Shown piece after piece: positions 13,740 to 27,780 of a stretch of DNA of 64,000 nucleotides. The notes below the pieces were generated by a model. The model made no database searches and was not told where the DNA came from. It saw only the letters and a program-made list of their open reading frames with translations. Within the stretch, counting starts at the first letter, position 1; every line of letters starts with the position of its first letter. Source of the DNA: Eledone cirrhosa (Eukaryota); assembly GCA_964016885.1 (NCBI GenBank), contig OZ024742.1:173290001-173354000 (forward strand), in the 5' to 3' direction. The position numbers and the translations under genes were made by a program.

Positions 13740-13964
13740 ATATATATATAAACAACTATCTGGTTGTGGAACCAACCAACCAACCAGAAATTTATAAATT
13801 TGTAAATTTATAAATATATATTAAATTAAATTGAAGTGAAAGCAACTGGTGCGTGTGTTTCTTATTGGCAACATGACCCTCCCAAAGTATAACAATATCG
13901 GTTTCAACACACGATTTCCGATAAAGAATCTTGCTAAACAAATTCAGAAACGAAATATTAATAA

Positions 13965-14145
13965 TTGTTTCTACTTATGGCACAGGGCCAGCAATTACCC
14001 AGTGCATTACTGGTAGTTTATTTTATCGACCCCGTAAGGATGAAAGGCAACGTTAAGCTCGGCGGGATTTGAATTCAGTCCGTAAAGGGGCGTAACTATA
14101 CGGGACGCATGGCATCCGACTCACTACTGATACTGCCAATATGTA
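13965..14145 (-). mobile_element. tRNA-derived SINE
   Basis: Reverse complement of the family at 21772-21960. Confidence 0.85.
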
Positions 14146-14187
14146 GTGTCATGTAATGGCCATACTCGATATCGAGGGAACATCCAT

Positions 14188-14221
<34 letters not shown>

Positions 14222-15289
14222 GGTGTGAGGGTGGGTGGGTGTTTGTATGTGTGTATATATGTATGTATATATATATACGGGTATATATATATCAAAATTA
14301 TTCTTTCAATATATTAACAGAACAGCCTGTTAATATGATCATACATTTCTCTATAAACATGACGGCATTCATTGACTAGCATTTGAACACATCCACTTTG
14401 ATATTCATATACACCAGAATATTAATATTTATTTAATTGCGCTTATTCCTCTTTGTACATTGGAATAGTTTCTGCATTTATTAAATGTGAATCTACGAAG
14501 ATAATGATTGTATTACTGACACAACTATCCCAAGGAGGAAATATGTTATTATCATTACTTCTACTCCATAGAAAATGCAAATTTACCTTATAAATGTTCG
14601 CGATATCACATTTACTTATTACATGTTAAAATGAACAAAATACTTGATGAATATTAATCATTTAATTCATACAATATATTGTATTATTTCAATTGAATAA
14701 GTCCATTTCCATTAAAATGTATTTCCGCTCCCATATTAAATTGGCCAATATAGCTTTAGGATAATCACCCTACACTAAAATATCTATATTAACACATTTC
14801 AAATATTGTAATTTGAAATTATATTCAGCTTGTACAAATATGAATTGAAATTCGTAGAATAGAGTTTTCAAAATTAGATTTCACTCAGAAAAAATATGAC
14901 ATATTTAGCACTAATTTACTTTCAATACAAACGGATTTAAGCAATTATTTGCGTAGTTTAAATCTAATTTCTGTTTCGTACAGTAAGTGAAATATAATAT
15001 ACACCCTGGATAGAATTCTAGTTTTGAGCACACCGGTGATTTCATGTAACCTAGCAATTACATATTAATCATGTTTCTTTTTTCACATTCATATAATTTC
15101 AATTATCAATCACAAGACATATCGAGGCACTGCATTAACACAATATTTAATCGATATCATACACCACATTACTCAGTTATGTATGTTGAGTACGGCTTTT
15201 ATCGATCCCTTTTTAGCGACCATCTATCTCACGTGACACAGTCAGGCTCTAAAGGTAAATCCAACAACATACGCACGCAAACATACACA

Positions 15290-17175
15290 GCAACAGGACC
15301 ACCAACAAGACCTGTATGCAGAGTCAATATAGCTAGCAACTACAGGATATCCTACTTCCTCTCAACGGTTATACGCCCCATAATGAAGATGTCCCCAGAT
15401 GAGTGTGACAGTACAGAGGACCTCCTCAGCAGAATCAGTGAGTGCAACAAAAACAAAAACCTATCCAACTGCATAATAGGCAGTATGGACGTGGTATCAC
15501 TATACCCATCCATTAACATTGATTTTGCTGTGGAGAAATGTGTGGAGATGATCAGTGAGAGTGAGGTGGAGTTCTGCGACGTCTACACAGACGAACTGGG
15601 CTTCCTACTTAGACTTACCTACGACACTGACTACCTAGACAGCCATGACATTAGCCGTTTTGGCCTCAGTAGACCCATAAGAGGTAGACCCCCCACCATA
15701 ACCTCAATGGCTAAAAAGACTCCCATGGGAAGGGGATTGAGTGGACCAAAGCCATACGGACCCCACAAAACAATGATCAGGTTAGAAAATGGTCGGACAT
15801 GCAATAGGGGCTAGTATTAAAACTACCCTAAAGGGCCACATATTCAAATTCAACGAGAAGATCTACACCCAAAATGGGGGAAGAGCCATTGGCGTCAGCA
15901 TGGCAGGTGACGTTGCCAACCTTTTTATGGTATGGTGGGAAAGGAGACTCAAAGATCTCCTTCATGAGAGAACCACATACCTCATCATGTACTCTCGTTA
16001 CGTAGACGATATTAATATAGTAATAAGGACATCCCCACAAGAGAGTACTAACAAGTATGACTTAGAATCTAGCACAATCGAAAGCATCCAGCAGATAGTT
16101 AATTCCATACACCAGAGTATAACTGTAACTATCGACTACCATTCCAAACACTCTAACAATAGACTACCTGTATTAGACACGGAACTCTGGATTAACACTA
16201 TAGACGAGAGAACCACAAATTCTCCACTCACACTACGCTAAACCCATGGCCTCCAAATACCTGATACTCAAAAACTCATCAATGTCCACTAGTGCTAAGT
16301 TTAATATTCTGATCGCAGACTTGGTACGAGCGATTAAGAACGTGTCCCGCATGTGCGACCCAACAGAAATGAAAATACACATCCAACACTTCATCAACCG
16401 CATGCAGTTCTCTGGCTACAACCAAAGGGACAGAATCAGAGTATATGAAGGATCCACGAAGAATTATAAACCCTCATAGAACTGACATTAAAGGAATTTG
16501 CCCATTATACAGGTGCACATCATGGAATAGCTTAGATAGGACTAAACATAAGATAGGGAAAGCCACCTCGTGGTACGACAACAAGAGATACCAGAGTGTC
16601 TTGTTCGTGGACGCTACCCTTGAAGGGAAATTAGTTAACCAGTGTAGAAAGGCCCTGAGAAATGACCCACTTAAAGATTAAGGTGGTAGAAAAGCCAGGA
16701 ACCATCATAAAATCCCTGATCAGCAAAACATACTCTTTTAAGAAAACTCACTGTACTAATAGGAAATGTATTATATGTAAAGTAAGCCCCCGGATAAACT
16801 GTAAAACTAGAAACGTAGTCTATGGCATCAGATGTACAGAGGGTACTTGCAGAAACATGACAACAATATACATAGGCGAGACAGCTCGTAGCATAGGTGA
16901 AAGGATAGACCAACGCTGGGGGGAACTATAAGGAGGAAAAAACAGTTCTGTACTATACGAACACACCAGACAACAACATGACGGTAACATAGACAACATA
17001 GAAATAAAATTAATATCTACACATAGAAATGACCCAGAAGATAGGCAAATCAGAGAGGCCAGTGAAATAGAACTTAGAAGGCCAAAGCTAAACAGGAAAA
17101 ATGAATGGAATAACAACACCCAAACAAACAATACAGACCTAAGAGAAATATAAATAAATAAATATATACACCAGC
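15290..17175 (+). mobile_element. Penelope-like element (probably Neptune-type), RT plus GIY-YIG, frameshifted pseudogene
   Basis: TRPVC, GSMDVVSLYPSI, AIGVSMAGDVANLFM, SRYVDD, LPVLD, then CKTRNVVYGIRC..IYIGETARS across ORFs 15071-16931. Confidence 0.9.
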
Positions 17176-17248
<73 letters not shown>

Positions 17249-17291
17249 TTATATATATGTATATATATATATATGTATTTATATATATATG

Positions 17292-17404
<113 letters not shown>

Positions 17405-17419
17405 ATAATAATAAATTTG

Positions 17420-18110
17420 AAGAATAAAATCCAAAGAGGGCTCGATAAGGATAAATATATATCAAATATATAAGAACCGTAAAGCAAATATTTATTAAAA
17501 TAACAGATTAAAGTTTAAGCAAAGAATCGTTGCTTTCACCCTTAACGGGATCTTCTGAAACTAACAAAGTCAATCTGTAAACGCAGAAGTGGAGAAGGAA
17601 GACAGGAAGACGATACTTTGGTTCGTGGAAACGTTCCCTGGTAAAGAACGGGAAAAAACGAATATAATACGTCATTAATAGGAGCGGTGAAAAACAATTA
17701 CGCGCAAAGACAGAACCACGTTTATGGTATAAAAGAGGTCGTAGACTAATGTTCTCATATGTGGTGCATAGAGACGTTCTCTGGCAATGAACGGAAAAAA
17801 CGAAGATAATGCGTCATATGTGGAGCGTGGCCACCGCTCCTATTAATGACTTATTGTATTCGTTTTTTCCCGTTCGTTGCCAGGGAACTTTTCCACGAAC
17901 CAAAAATCGTCTTCCCGTCTTCCTCCAGTTGCAACCTTTTTTGAAATATTCACTTCTGCGTTCACAGATTGACTTTGTTAGTTTCAGATGATCCCGTTAA
18001 GGGTGAAAGCAGCGATTCTTTGCTTAAACTTTAATCTGTTATTTTAATAAGTATTTGGTCTACAGTTCTTATATATTTGATATATATTTATCTTTATCGA
18101 GCACTCTTTG
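17420..18110. mobile_element. Foldback of Naiad-associated pLTR with variant HHRs (17512-17562 minus, 17980-18030 plus)
   Basis: Inverted arms; same sequence family as 55960-56525 and 58140-58292. Confidence 0.8.
17980..18030 (+). ncRNA. Hammerhead-like motif with A at position 4
   Basis: agttt CAGATGA t-ccc gttaa ggg-t GAAA gca-gcgattctt-tgc TT aaact. Confidence 0.6.
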
Positions 18111-18219
18111 AAGAATTATTTTCACAAGAATGTGGTTTCAGATTCCATCGCCTTCTACGATGACTTCGGACTCTCTAATTAATTGTGAGTGAAATGTGTA
18201 CACAGAAACTATGTAGACG

Positions 18220-18263
<44 letters not shown>

Positions 18264-18287
18264 CGTCTACATAGTTTCTGTGTACAC

Positions 18288-18348
<61 letters not shown>

Positions 18349-18384
18349 AGAGTGTCTTGGCACTCTTTCGTATATCTTTATATA

Positions 18385-18570
18385 ATTGTTTCTACTATTG
18401 GCACAAGGCCAGCAATCAACTCAGTACAATACTGGTATTTCATGTTATCGACCTCGTAAGAATGAAAGGCAAAGTTAGCCTAAGCGGGACATGAACTCAG
18501 ATCATAAAGGTGCGTAACTCTATGCTGAAAAACACTGCGTTCGACCTTCTACCGATACTGCCAATATGAT
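18385..18570 (-). mobile_element. tRNA-derived SINE; its 3' part is duplicated in inverted form at 18933-19057
   Basis: Matches the SINE family; the inverted copy includes flanking sequence. Confidence 0.8.
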
Positions 18571-18684
18571 GTGTGACTGAAGAATTATTTTCACAAGAAT
18601 TTGGTTTCAGATTCCATCGCCTTCTACGATAGCTTCGGAATGTCTTATTTATATATATATACATATATATATATATGTCTTATT

Positions 18685-18861
<177 letters not shown>

Positions 18862-18867
18862 TTATAT

Positions 18868-18936
<69 letters not shown>

Positions 18937-20979
18937 GCTAACTTTGTCTTTCATTCTTACGAGGTCGATAACATGAAATAGCAGTAACGTACTGGTGTGA
19001 TTGCTGGCCTTGTGCCAATAGTAGAAACAATTATATAAAGATATACGAAAGAGTGCCTAGTAGTTGTATCATTCTCCTTACACATCCATTACATTAGTTT
19101 TAATTCCACTGATCATCCCTTACTAGCTGTCTAATAACTTATTCCTACACATAAACTCGTTACTAAAGGAAGTTAATGATGAAGCAATGCAATAAAACAA
19201 AAACCTTATAGTTGACAGATGTTAAAGGATTTATGCAGGTCAACCATGAAACATTGCTCTTATGTTAGTATTTCATCTTTGTAGTTCAAAATCACGCTCT
19301 AATTTCCTGAGCAACGCAGCTTGTAAAACGCATGAAGTTTTCTTTTAACTTGATCTGCGAAGAGAAATAGGTAATTTTCTGACGAAATCATCAAAGAAAT
19401 GAGAAAAACAACTAAATAAAATTAAAATGAAAAATATATAAATTAGCAATATGTGATCTTTTTTTTAGCCCTTTGAACGAAAAGCAGTATTTTCTAGGTG
19501 TGTTTCTTTTTAATTATCTTAAAGGTTGCATTCAGTGGACTTCGACGATGCTTGGAAAACGTCATCAAAGATTTCGTCGATTATATCAACTCAAGTTCTT
19601 TGTCTTGTGATTCTCTAAGAGGTGAAATGCAAAGCCGGCAGGATGTAAACGGAAGCAAGGGAGACTGGGAGAATATAGCTGAAGTTCTTAAATTACCAAC
19701 GAAATCATTTTGACAATATTTTCACGCACGCACATCCACACACCTACAAAAGATGTGTTGTGGCGATGGACCTCCGTCAGTTACGACGACGTTTATTTTA
19801 ATTGTTAGATCAAGGAAACAACATACATATAACATTAACGATCACGTGGCAAAGCATTGCACAAAGTCATGTATCGATATGGGACTTGTCAGGGGGGTTC
19901 GCTGTGATGCGTACTGTGTACTGTATCATAAGCTATTCCGTTTCAAATATTTTATGTATTCATATATACATATGTTTGTGCGTGAATGTGTGTGCATATA
20001 TATATATATATATAGAACATTGCAGTAATGTAGCGGTGGACGAAGTCATGCAATGTTGAAGACTTAAATACAGACCAGGGTGGTGTTAAATGGTGCTGGA
20101 TAGCCGTAAAGCCAAATTGTAGGGTAAACGGTCTGTAGGATCAATTATCGATGTATATATGTCACTACATAGGGGTGGCTGCCTCACTAGCGCGACATTG
20201 GCGGTAACGGAAGCAGCGATATCTACACCCACAGCTCCGCTGGCAACAACGACAATCTCACCACCGTCAACATCAACAACAATGACATCACTATGACAAC
20301 ACTATTGAACGCTTCTACTTCAACAGCTGCTGTCTCGCAGTATTAGTCATAGCAGCATCAGCATAATGAGTTTTGGCAGCATGACTACTTGTTCTGATAT
20401 AATGGTAGTGTTAGTAGTCATAGCACCATTAGTAGTAGCAATACTGATGGTACCGGAATTTCGCGAGCTACGTGTTTCAAACTTGCTTAGAAATATACGT
20501 GCTGGAAAGTCTCATTGCTCCTGCTTGGATATGTGCGAGGTGGGAGCAGCTTCCGCCATCACCCTCGCCGACTTCACCTTCATTGCCACAATTATAATTG
20601 TTGCAGCCGTCACCACCGCCAAAATCACCAACACCCAGAGAGCTATGTCCAAGCATAACCACATGACAGATATAATAGCTAGCACTGCATCATACTCTCC
20701 TATTTACTGCAACTCCAAATCATTCACTCGCCTTGACCTGACTGATAGCAAATGTAAGACACATTTTGCGTCTCTGTCCACCGCATTGCGACGGTGTTCA
20801 CAATGGAGCCAGCCTAAAAAGGAGTAACCGTGTGCTAGGCTGTATATGTTCGCGACGCGGATAGAAGTCCTAAACCCGCCAGGTCAAGACAACGACAAAA
20901 CAACCTCAGTACGTAATGCCAACATTATGGGTTGGTAGTACTAATTAGTATTAATGCTCGTATTATTATTAATAAGAAT

Positions 20980-21960
20980 AGAGGGCGGCGGATTCGTCAA
21001 AATCGACAACGCACCGGGGTCGATTAAATCGAATTCTCCCTTCCCAAAAATGTTGACGTCGTCCCTAATTCATTTACCACGGAGGATTGGCAGTATTGGT
21101 AGAGAGTCGGACTCTATGCTTCGCTACATAGAGTTACGGCCCTTCATGGTCAAATCCCGCCGAAGTTAGCTTTGCCTTTCATTCTTACAGGGTCGATAAA
21201 ATAAAGTGCCAGTAATTCACTGGGATAATTGCTGGCCTTGTGCCAAAAGTAGAAACTATTATTAAGTATCGGTAGAGCGTCAGACCCGATGCTTTGCAGC
21301 ATAAGGGGTTACAGCACTTTACGTTCGGAGTTCAAATTCTGCAAGGTTAACTTTTTCTTTCAACCTTACAGGGTCGAAAAAATAAAACACCAGTAATGCT
21401 CTGGGCTAATTGGTGGCCTTGCGCCAAATGGCAGTATCGGTAGAGGGTCGGACGCTATGCTTTGAAGCATAGAGTTAGCTCCCTGTATGATGTGGGTTCA
21501 AAATCCCGCCGAGATTAACTTTGCCTTTCATCCTTATGGGTTCGATAAAATAAAGTACCAGTAATGCACTGGGTAATTGCTGGCCTTGTGCCAAAAGTAG
21601 AAACAATTATTTTTAATAAGAATAATGGTAGTGGATTCAGCAAAGGCAGTAACAATTACGATGGTGTCAACGAAGGGGAGGCCGACCTAAGCTGATTGAT
21701 ACCGAACAAAGAAAGTTCATTTGTGGTGCAACCTTGACTTCGTTCTTTCGTACTGATATATAAATATAAAAAGGGCGGTGGATTGGCAGTATCGGTAGAG
21801 GGTCGGTAGCCTTGCTTTCCAGCATAGTTACGTCCCTTTACGATCTGATTTCAAATGCAGTCGAGGTTGACTTTGCCTTTCATCCTTACCGGGTCGATAA
21901 AATAAAATACCAGTAATGCACTGGGTAATTGCTGGCCTTGTGCCTAAAGTAGAAACAATT
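20980..21960 (+). mobile_element. SINE cluster: partial head, three head-to-tail copies (about 21083-21610) and a further copy at 21772-21960
   Basis: Repeated ggcagtatcggtagag..ttcaaatc..ctttgcctttcatcctta..gtcgataaaataaa..ggccttgtgccaaaagtagaaac. Confidence 0.9.
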
Positions 21961-21961
21961 A

Positions 21962-22040
<79 letters not shown>

Positions 22041-23931
22041 TGTGTGCGTGTGTGGGTGTGTGTGTGTGTGTGTTTAAAAGGAAAACAGGAATAACGAAAA
22101 TTACAAAACTAACATCTCACCAAATGGAAGAAATATATCAGTTGAACACTTAAAATAACAGGAATGTAGTTTATCCGGATGTAGAATACGCTCGGAAGAA
22201 AAAAAGTATTGACAGTCGAAGAATTATTGGAACTCGATCGTGAGCCTTTGTACCCCGGAGTTTTACTTGCATGGTAGCTGGATCAACAGATAATCATGCG
22301 AGTGCGCTGGTGATACCCCACTACTTAATAAATGAATATATCTCTGTCTGCGTTAATGCATAGGTATTAGACAGACACACACACACACGCACACGGATAC
22401 ACACATAAATAATGATGGATTTAGTTTGCAACTCGTTTGACCTTTAGTCACCTGAGTACTCGATACTTTGTGTGTATCTCTGTGTGTATCCTTGTGCGTG
22501 TGTGTGTGTGTGTCTGTCTAATATTTATGTGTTCACAGTTTAACAAAATACCTTTAATGTTACTCTAAATAAACATCTCTCCCAGTGCAATAATTATATC
22601 CCGTTTTCGGCAGATTACACCTAGATTAATATTCGCAAAGAACTAGAAATGTTCATGGTTTATTCATGTCATCTGCATGTCGATGTGTGATTCGAAATTA
22701 CTTCAACGAAATGAATCTAAACGTTTATACACGACCACCTCAGACAAACCTGCATACATAATACATACATATCAAGAGATACATAGAACCACGTCCCTTC
22801 ACCTTTACATACACCATCTTATATGTAAATATGCATGTACCTACACAAAAACATACTCATATACACACATATACATATACACACATACAGATTCTTAAAA
22901 GTTGTTTGTTCAGTTTTGTCTCACGTTGTTAATTATTCGATTAAAAAGGAGATGCAACGGTATACGATATAAACGAAAGTTAATGGGTCCCTTTGATTGA
23001 CAATGTTTTCCAGATTTCTTTCAAACTAAATAAGTGTGTAACTGAACATTCTTACGATACATGTATCTTTAACCCTTTAGCATTTACTATTGTATGTATT
23101 TTCAGAGTAAATGCTTTATCTTACATACTTATTCCATATAATATTGAATCTACGAGTTTTTTGATATTATTCATTTTCAGAACAATACCTTAACATAAAT
23201 ATGAGCAGTCGGTCACAGCTGGTTTGAACAGAAAGAGGTGAGAGAATTCTGGACGGATCAATCAATATTGGCTCATGGACGGGCTAAGTACAACTTCTGT
23301 TTACTAAATTTCAATCAGAAATACTGGCTTCACTTGACATTAAGGTAAGTGATACATTTTACTATGTGTGACAGTGAGATCGAAGCCGTGAACTACTCAT
23401 TGCAAAGCGAACATCGTAAGAAGTTTCACCATATTGTGTCTACATTTGGTCATGAAGAACTAATCAATAGCTTCAAACAAGAATATGGCTTTGAGATTGT
23501 CTTTCAATGCAGTTGTTTATTGATATCGTCTCGTTCTGTTACTTTATGGATATTTGTAATTTTGTGCTAAACCAACATCTGAAACAAATTTTAAAACACC
23601 AACTTATTAATGTTGATATATGATAGGCTGTTAACATTTTAAACTTCGTATGGTGTTTCATATATCTTTCTGTGTATATAAGACTTTTGTTAATTTTACT
23701 GGGGTTTATTTTGCATATGAGCGAATATTTATGTGAGTTTATGTGTGAAGATTAGTGTATGGTGCTGCTGGTGTTGGGGGGAGGTGTTGGTGATAGTTTT
23801 GTAGGTGTGTTTGCGTGTGTGTGTGAGGTTGGGTTTGTGTGTGTACGTGTGTTTATTTGTATGTGTGTTTGTGTGAATAGGTCAAGGAGACTGTCTACAT
23901 CCTATTCTTTACCGTTCCTTCGGAAATATTT

Positions 23932-23979
<48 letters not shown>

Positions 23980-23989
23980 AGAAATTATG

Positions 23990-24086
23990 ACCCCGACGGC
24001 AGTGCTCAAGCCGTTTGGGCGGCTATTTCTTGACTAAAATAAGAGTTCTTTGTCTGGTAAATAAATAGCCGAACTTTTCAAGGGGT
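23990..24086 (-). ncRNA. Type I hammerhead ribozyme, U3-A8 variant, mutated at G12
   Basis: Minus strand: acccc TTGAAAA gtt-cggctattt..aaatagccg-cc CAAA cggc-ttgagcact-gccg TC ggggt; sister fragments read gtcGAAA. Confidence 0.65.
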
Positions 24087-24393
24087 ACTTCCTTATATGG
24101 GAAATAGCAACTGTGTTAGGCCCATTAGTTTTTCACTTCTCACATTCCAATTTTATATCTTGATATATCCTGATCTTATTTTTTATTAGATTTTTTTATT
24201 ATAATGTTTTAATACCCAATTTTTACTTTTCTTCATACCCAATTCTAAAATTTCAATAATTCTTATTTAGCAACTTCTATTCTCAACTCATTCTATAGCA
24301 TTAGCAGAAAAAGCTACATCAGCTAAATATAGCAGCTGTGTTAGATAAACGTCCGCTAACTGATACGTACATATATATATATATGTGTACCTG

Positions 24394-24480
<87 letters not shown>

Positions 24481-24485
<5 letters not shown>

Positions 24486-25261
24486 TAGACGGAATAGAAA
24501 ATGCTGACAAATTGTTCACAGTTGAAAAATGGTTTAATTAGGAATACAAGAGTATTAGTGATTGTATGGGTTAGTATTCAGTTGTGGTTTTAAGTTTTTA
24601 AGTTTTTACCGGTTGCGCATTTCTAAATGCTTTTCAAAAATAATTTTGAGATAGAGTGTCCGTGTTGTTTGCTCTGATCTGATTAGTTTTGGGAATTCTA
24701 CCTGTTTTTATGTTAAAAAAGTGGCTCCAGCGTTACTTTGGTGTTGCAAAAATTCTTGTGGTCAAAACAATTTTGATTGGTCGGTAGAGGTCATGTGAAT
24801 AAAAAAATGGTTTTGCGCCAAGATTGAGAAATGACTCTTTCACAACAAATATGTGTGTGTGTGGGGGGGGGGGTTTAGTAGTAGTAGTAAGGTGTTCGAT
24901 GTTGTGATAATGGTTACCCACATATAAACACAATGACATACGTAAACACACATGCTCTATGGTGCAACACAAAAAAATATATGTGCAACATATATATATA
25001 TGTATATATATGTATATATGTATATATATGTATATATATATATAGTGGATATATGTATGTGTATATTTGTATGTGTATACTCTTTTACTCTTTTACCTGT
25101 TCCAGCCATCCGGCTGAGGCCATGCTGGGGCACATATATAGTGAATATCATTTCACACATTTTATTGTTAAGATTTTTGATGTTCTATTAAGAGAACCGA
25201 TTTTACTGAAAAAATCGAATAATGTACACCCTTTTACCAGGGGGAAAAAAATACTGGTCCA

Positions 25262-25292
<31 letters not shown>

Positions 25293-25576
25293 CACACACA
25301 CATACACACGCGTACATCAACATACAAATAGACTCTTATATATACACACACACACACACACACGCACTTCTCCGTATAAGACAAAAGCTGAAAAATATCT
25401 TTTGACATGCTAAAATACATTTGACATTGCTTTCAGACACATTCTTACTGACCATCCCTGCCACCACGAATTACTCTGCTATACACACACACACACACAC
25501 ACACACACTCACCTTAATAGCCATTTGACACACATCGCTGCTAACCATTATCACAACATCGAACACCTTACTACTA

Positions 25577-25648
<72 letters not shown>

Positions 25649-26017
25649 TTGTTGTGAAAGAGTCATTTCTTAATCTTGGCGCAAAACCTATTTTTTTATT
25701 CACATGACCTCTACCGACCAATCAAAATTGTTTTGACCACAAGAATTTTTGCAACACCAAAGTAACGCTGGAGCCACTTTTTTAACATAAAAACAGGTAG
25801 AATTCCCAAAACTAATCAGATCAGAGCAAACAACACGGACACTCTATCTCAAAATTATTTTTGAAAAGCATTTAGAAATGCGCAACCGGTAAAAACTTAA
25901 AAACTTAAAACCACAACTGAATACTAACCCATACAATCACTAATACTCTTTTATTCCTAATTAAACCATTTTTCAACTGTGAACAATTTGTCAGCATTTT
26001 CTATTCCGTTTACCAAT
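24481..26017. mobile_element. Non-coding element with its 3' ~440 bp duplicated in inverted orientation at the left end
   Basis: 24481-24920 is the reverse complement of about 25545-26017; body homologous to 30040-31170. Confidence 0.85.
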
Positions 26018-26051
26018 ATATAATAACTTGTGTGTTACACCTCTATTCTTT

Positions 26052-26114
<63 letters not shown>

Positions 26115-26117
<3 letters not shown>

Positions 26118-26541
26118 TGCTACTGTACGTATGTATACATATATGTATGTACGTATACATACATACTTACATTTAAGTAAGTGCCGTACTAAGAGTGAGA
26201 AATGATATTTCGTTTCATTCTATTCCAATTTATCGTTTTCGGTGCGCCTGGCCGACTGAACTCACTCGATATGCAAATTAGGCTGCTCGGCCGTTAATTT
26301 TCTTAAGGAAAGTATATACTTTCGAACGTCCAACCATCTGCCAGAAGGGTATACGGTGCTGACGATAGCTAACAAGCTTGAAACTAGTACACGTTACTGT
26401 GTCAATGTTGAACAAAAAGGTGACGTGGTTGCCTTAACACCCTACGTCATAAATCAGGCTGTCAGTTTGTTTACAAACGGACTAAGCGAGCGTTATAATA
26501 AACGTCCGCTAAACTGACACGTACATATATATATGTGTACC

Positions 26542-26599
<58 letters not shown>

Positions 26600-26710
26600 T
26601 GCTACTGTACGTCTGTATACACATATACATACATGTATACATACATACTTACATTTAAGTAAGTGCCGTACTAAGAGTGAGAAATGAAATTTCGTTTCAT
26701 TCTATTCCAA

Positions 26711-26712
<2 letters not shown>
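26115..26712 (+). mobile_element. Retrozyme-like element, ~482-bp unit (about 1.25 copies)
   Basis: 26115-26230 repeated at 26597-26712; related fragments at 24335-24400, 42050-42165 and 50570-50820; HHR inside. Confidence 0.75.
26356..26392 (+). ncRNA. Minimal type I hammerhead ribozyme
   Basis: gtg CTGACGA t-agct aaca agct-t GAAA ctag TA cac; stem III palindrome ACTAGT. Confidence 0.75.
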
Positions 26713-26787
<75 letters not shown>

Positions 26788-27194
26788 ATTAATTAAAGGG
26801 TTATAAGACCTAGAATACTTAAACATCTAAAGGAGTAAAATCACTCAGAGAAGCAATATTATATATTAAATTTATGTGATAAAAAACACTATTTATTGGA
26901 GTATTAGCCCGATAGACAGAAACAATATTTTATCTAAACTCGCCTGCATTATGATCTCCCTCCCAAAATCTAGTTTTGGGAAGAATCCAATAACTGAATC
27001 TCCAATAACTGAATAACCCGCAATACTCTCCAGGAGAGTTTAAATTCTTCAAAAGCTAAGAGAAAATTGACCATGAAATTACACATACTATTTCATTTTC
27101 CGAATCGGCCTGCTGTATAATAAACCACGTTATTTAGTAGAAATATTACATGATCAAAATATATTAACATATTAGGACTATGTGACAGGTTTAT

Positions 27195-27375
27195 AAGTGT
27201 TTCTACTTTTGGCACAAGGCCAGCAATTACCCAGTACACTACTGGTACTTTATTTTATCGACCCCGTAAGGATGAAAGGCGAAGTTAACCTCGACGGGAT
27301 TTGAACTCAAACCGTAAAGGGACGTAACTATGCTAGAAAGCATGGCGTCCAACCCTCTACTGATACTGCCATGCC
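27195..27375 (-). mobile_element. tRNA-derived SINE
   Basis: Reverse complement of the main SINE family. Confidence 0.85.
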
Positions 27376-27780
27376 GATAGAATAGTAGCCAAAAGACCGT
27401 CTGGTATAACTGGACAAATTAATGAGTAGTTAAATATTTATCAATGTTTAATCAGTCTCTAATACTTCTCAAGCGAGTTCAGATAAAATATTGCCTATGT
27501 CTATCAGGTACGTACTCACATAAACAGTTTTTTTTTCCTCTGTTTAAATTAATATAATATTGCTTCTCTGAGTGATTCCACTCATGTGTGTGTGTGTGGG
27601 GGGGCGTGCGTGAGTATGCGTGCGTGTGTGTATATGGTTGCGATGGTATATGTAGCCCGAAGATTTCCAAACGGTGCTTCCTAGAGGAAAACGGTTTTGT
27701 TTTTTTCGAAATACGTCCCAAGAATAGTTTGTAACACATGGAGATTCCTAATTCCGAAAAGAATAAAAGATAAAGAAAAT

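Larger units (their letters stand above)
12315..13895. mobile_element. Head-to-head palindrome of a Penelope-like element 3' end (GIY-YIG C-half plus pLTR)
   Basis: Near-perfect ~790-bp arms centred at 13101-13105; both encode YIGETARSIGERINEH..RQITEAVSI..LNRKYE. Confidence 0.92.

Noticed and set aside
19372-19425. taatttt CTGACGA..tcat/atga GAAA..aaaatta hammerhead-like string
   Set aside because: No stem III pairing, in very A-rich sequence; likely chance
20366-20827. 153-aa ORF in a triplet-rich segment
   Set aside because: Low-complexity degenerate trinucleotide repeats with no recognisable domain
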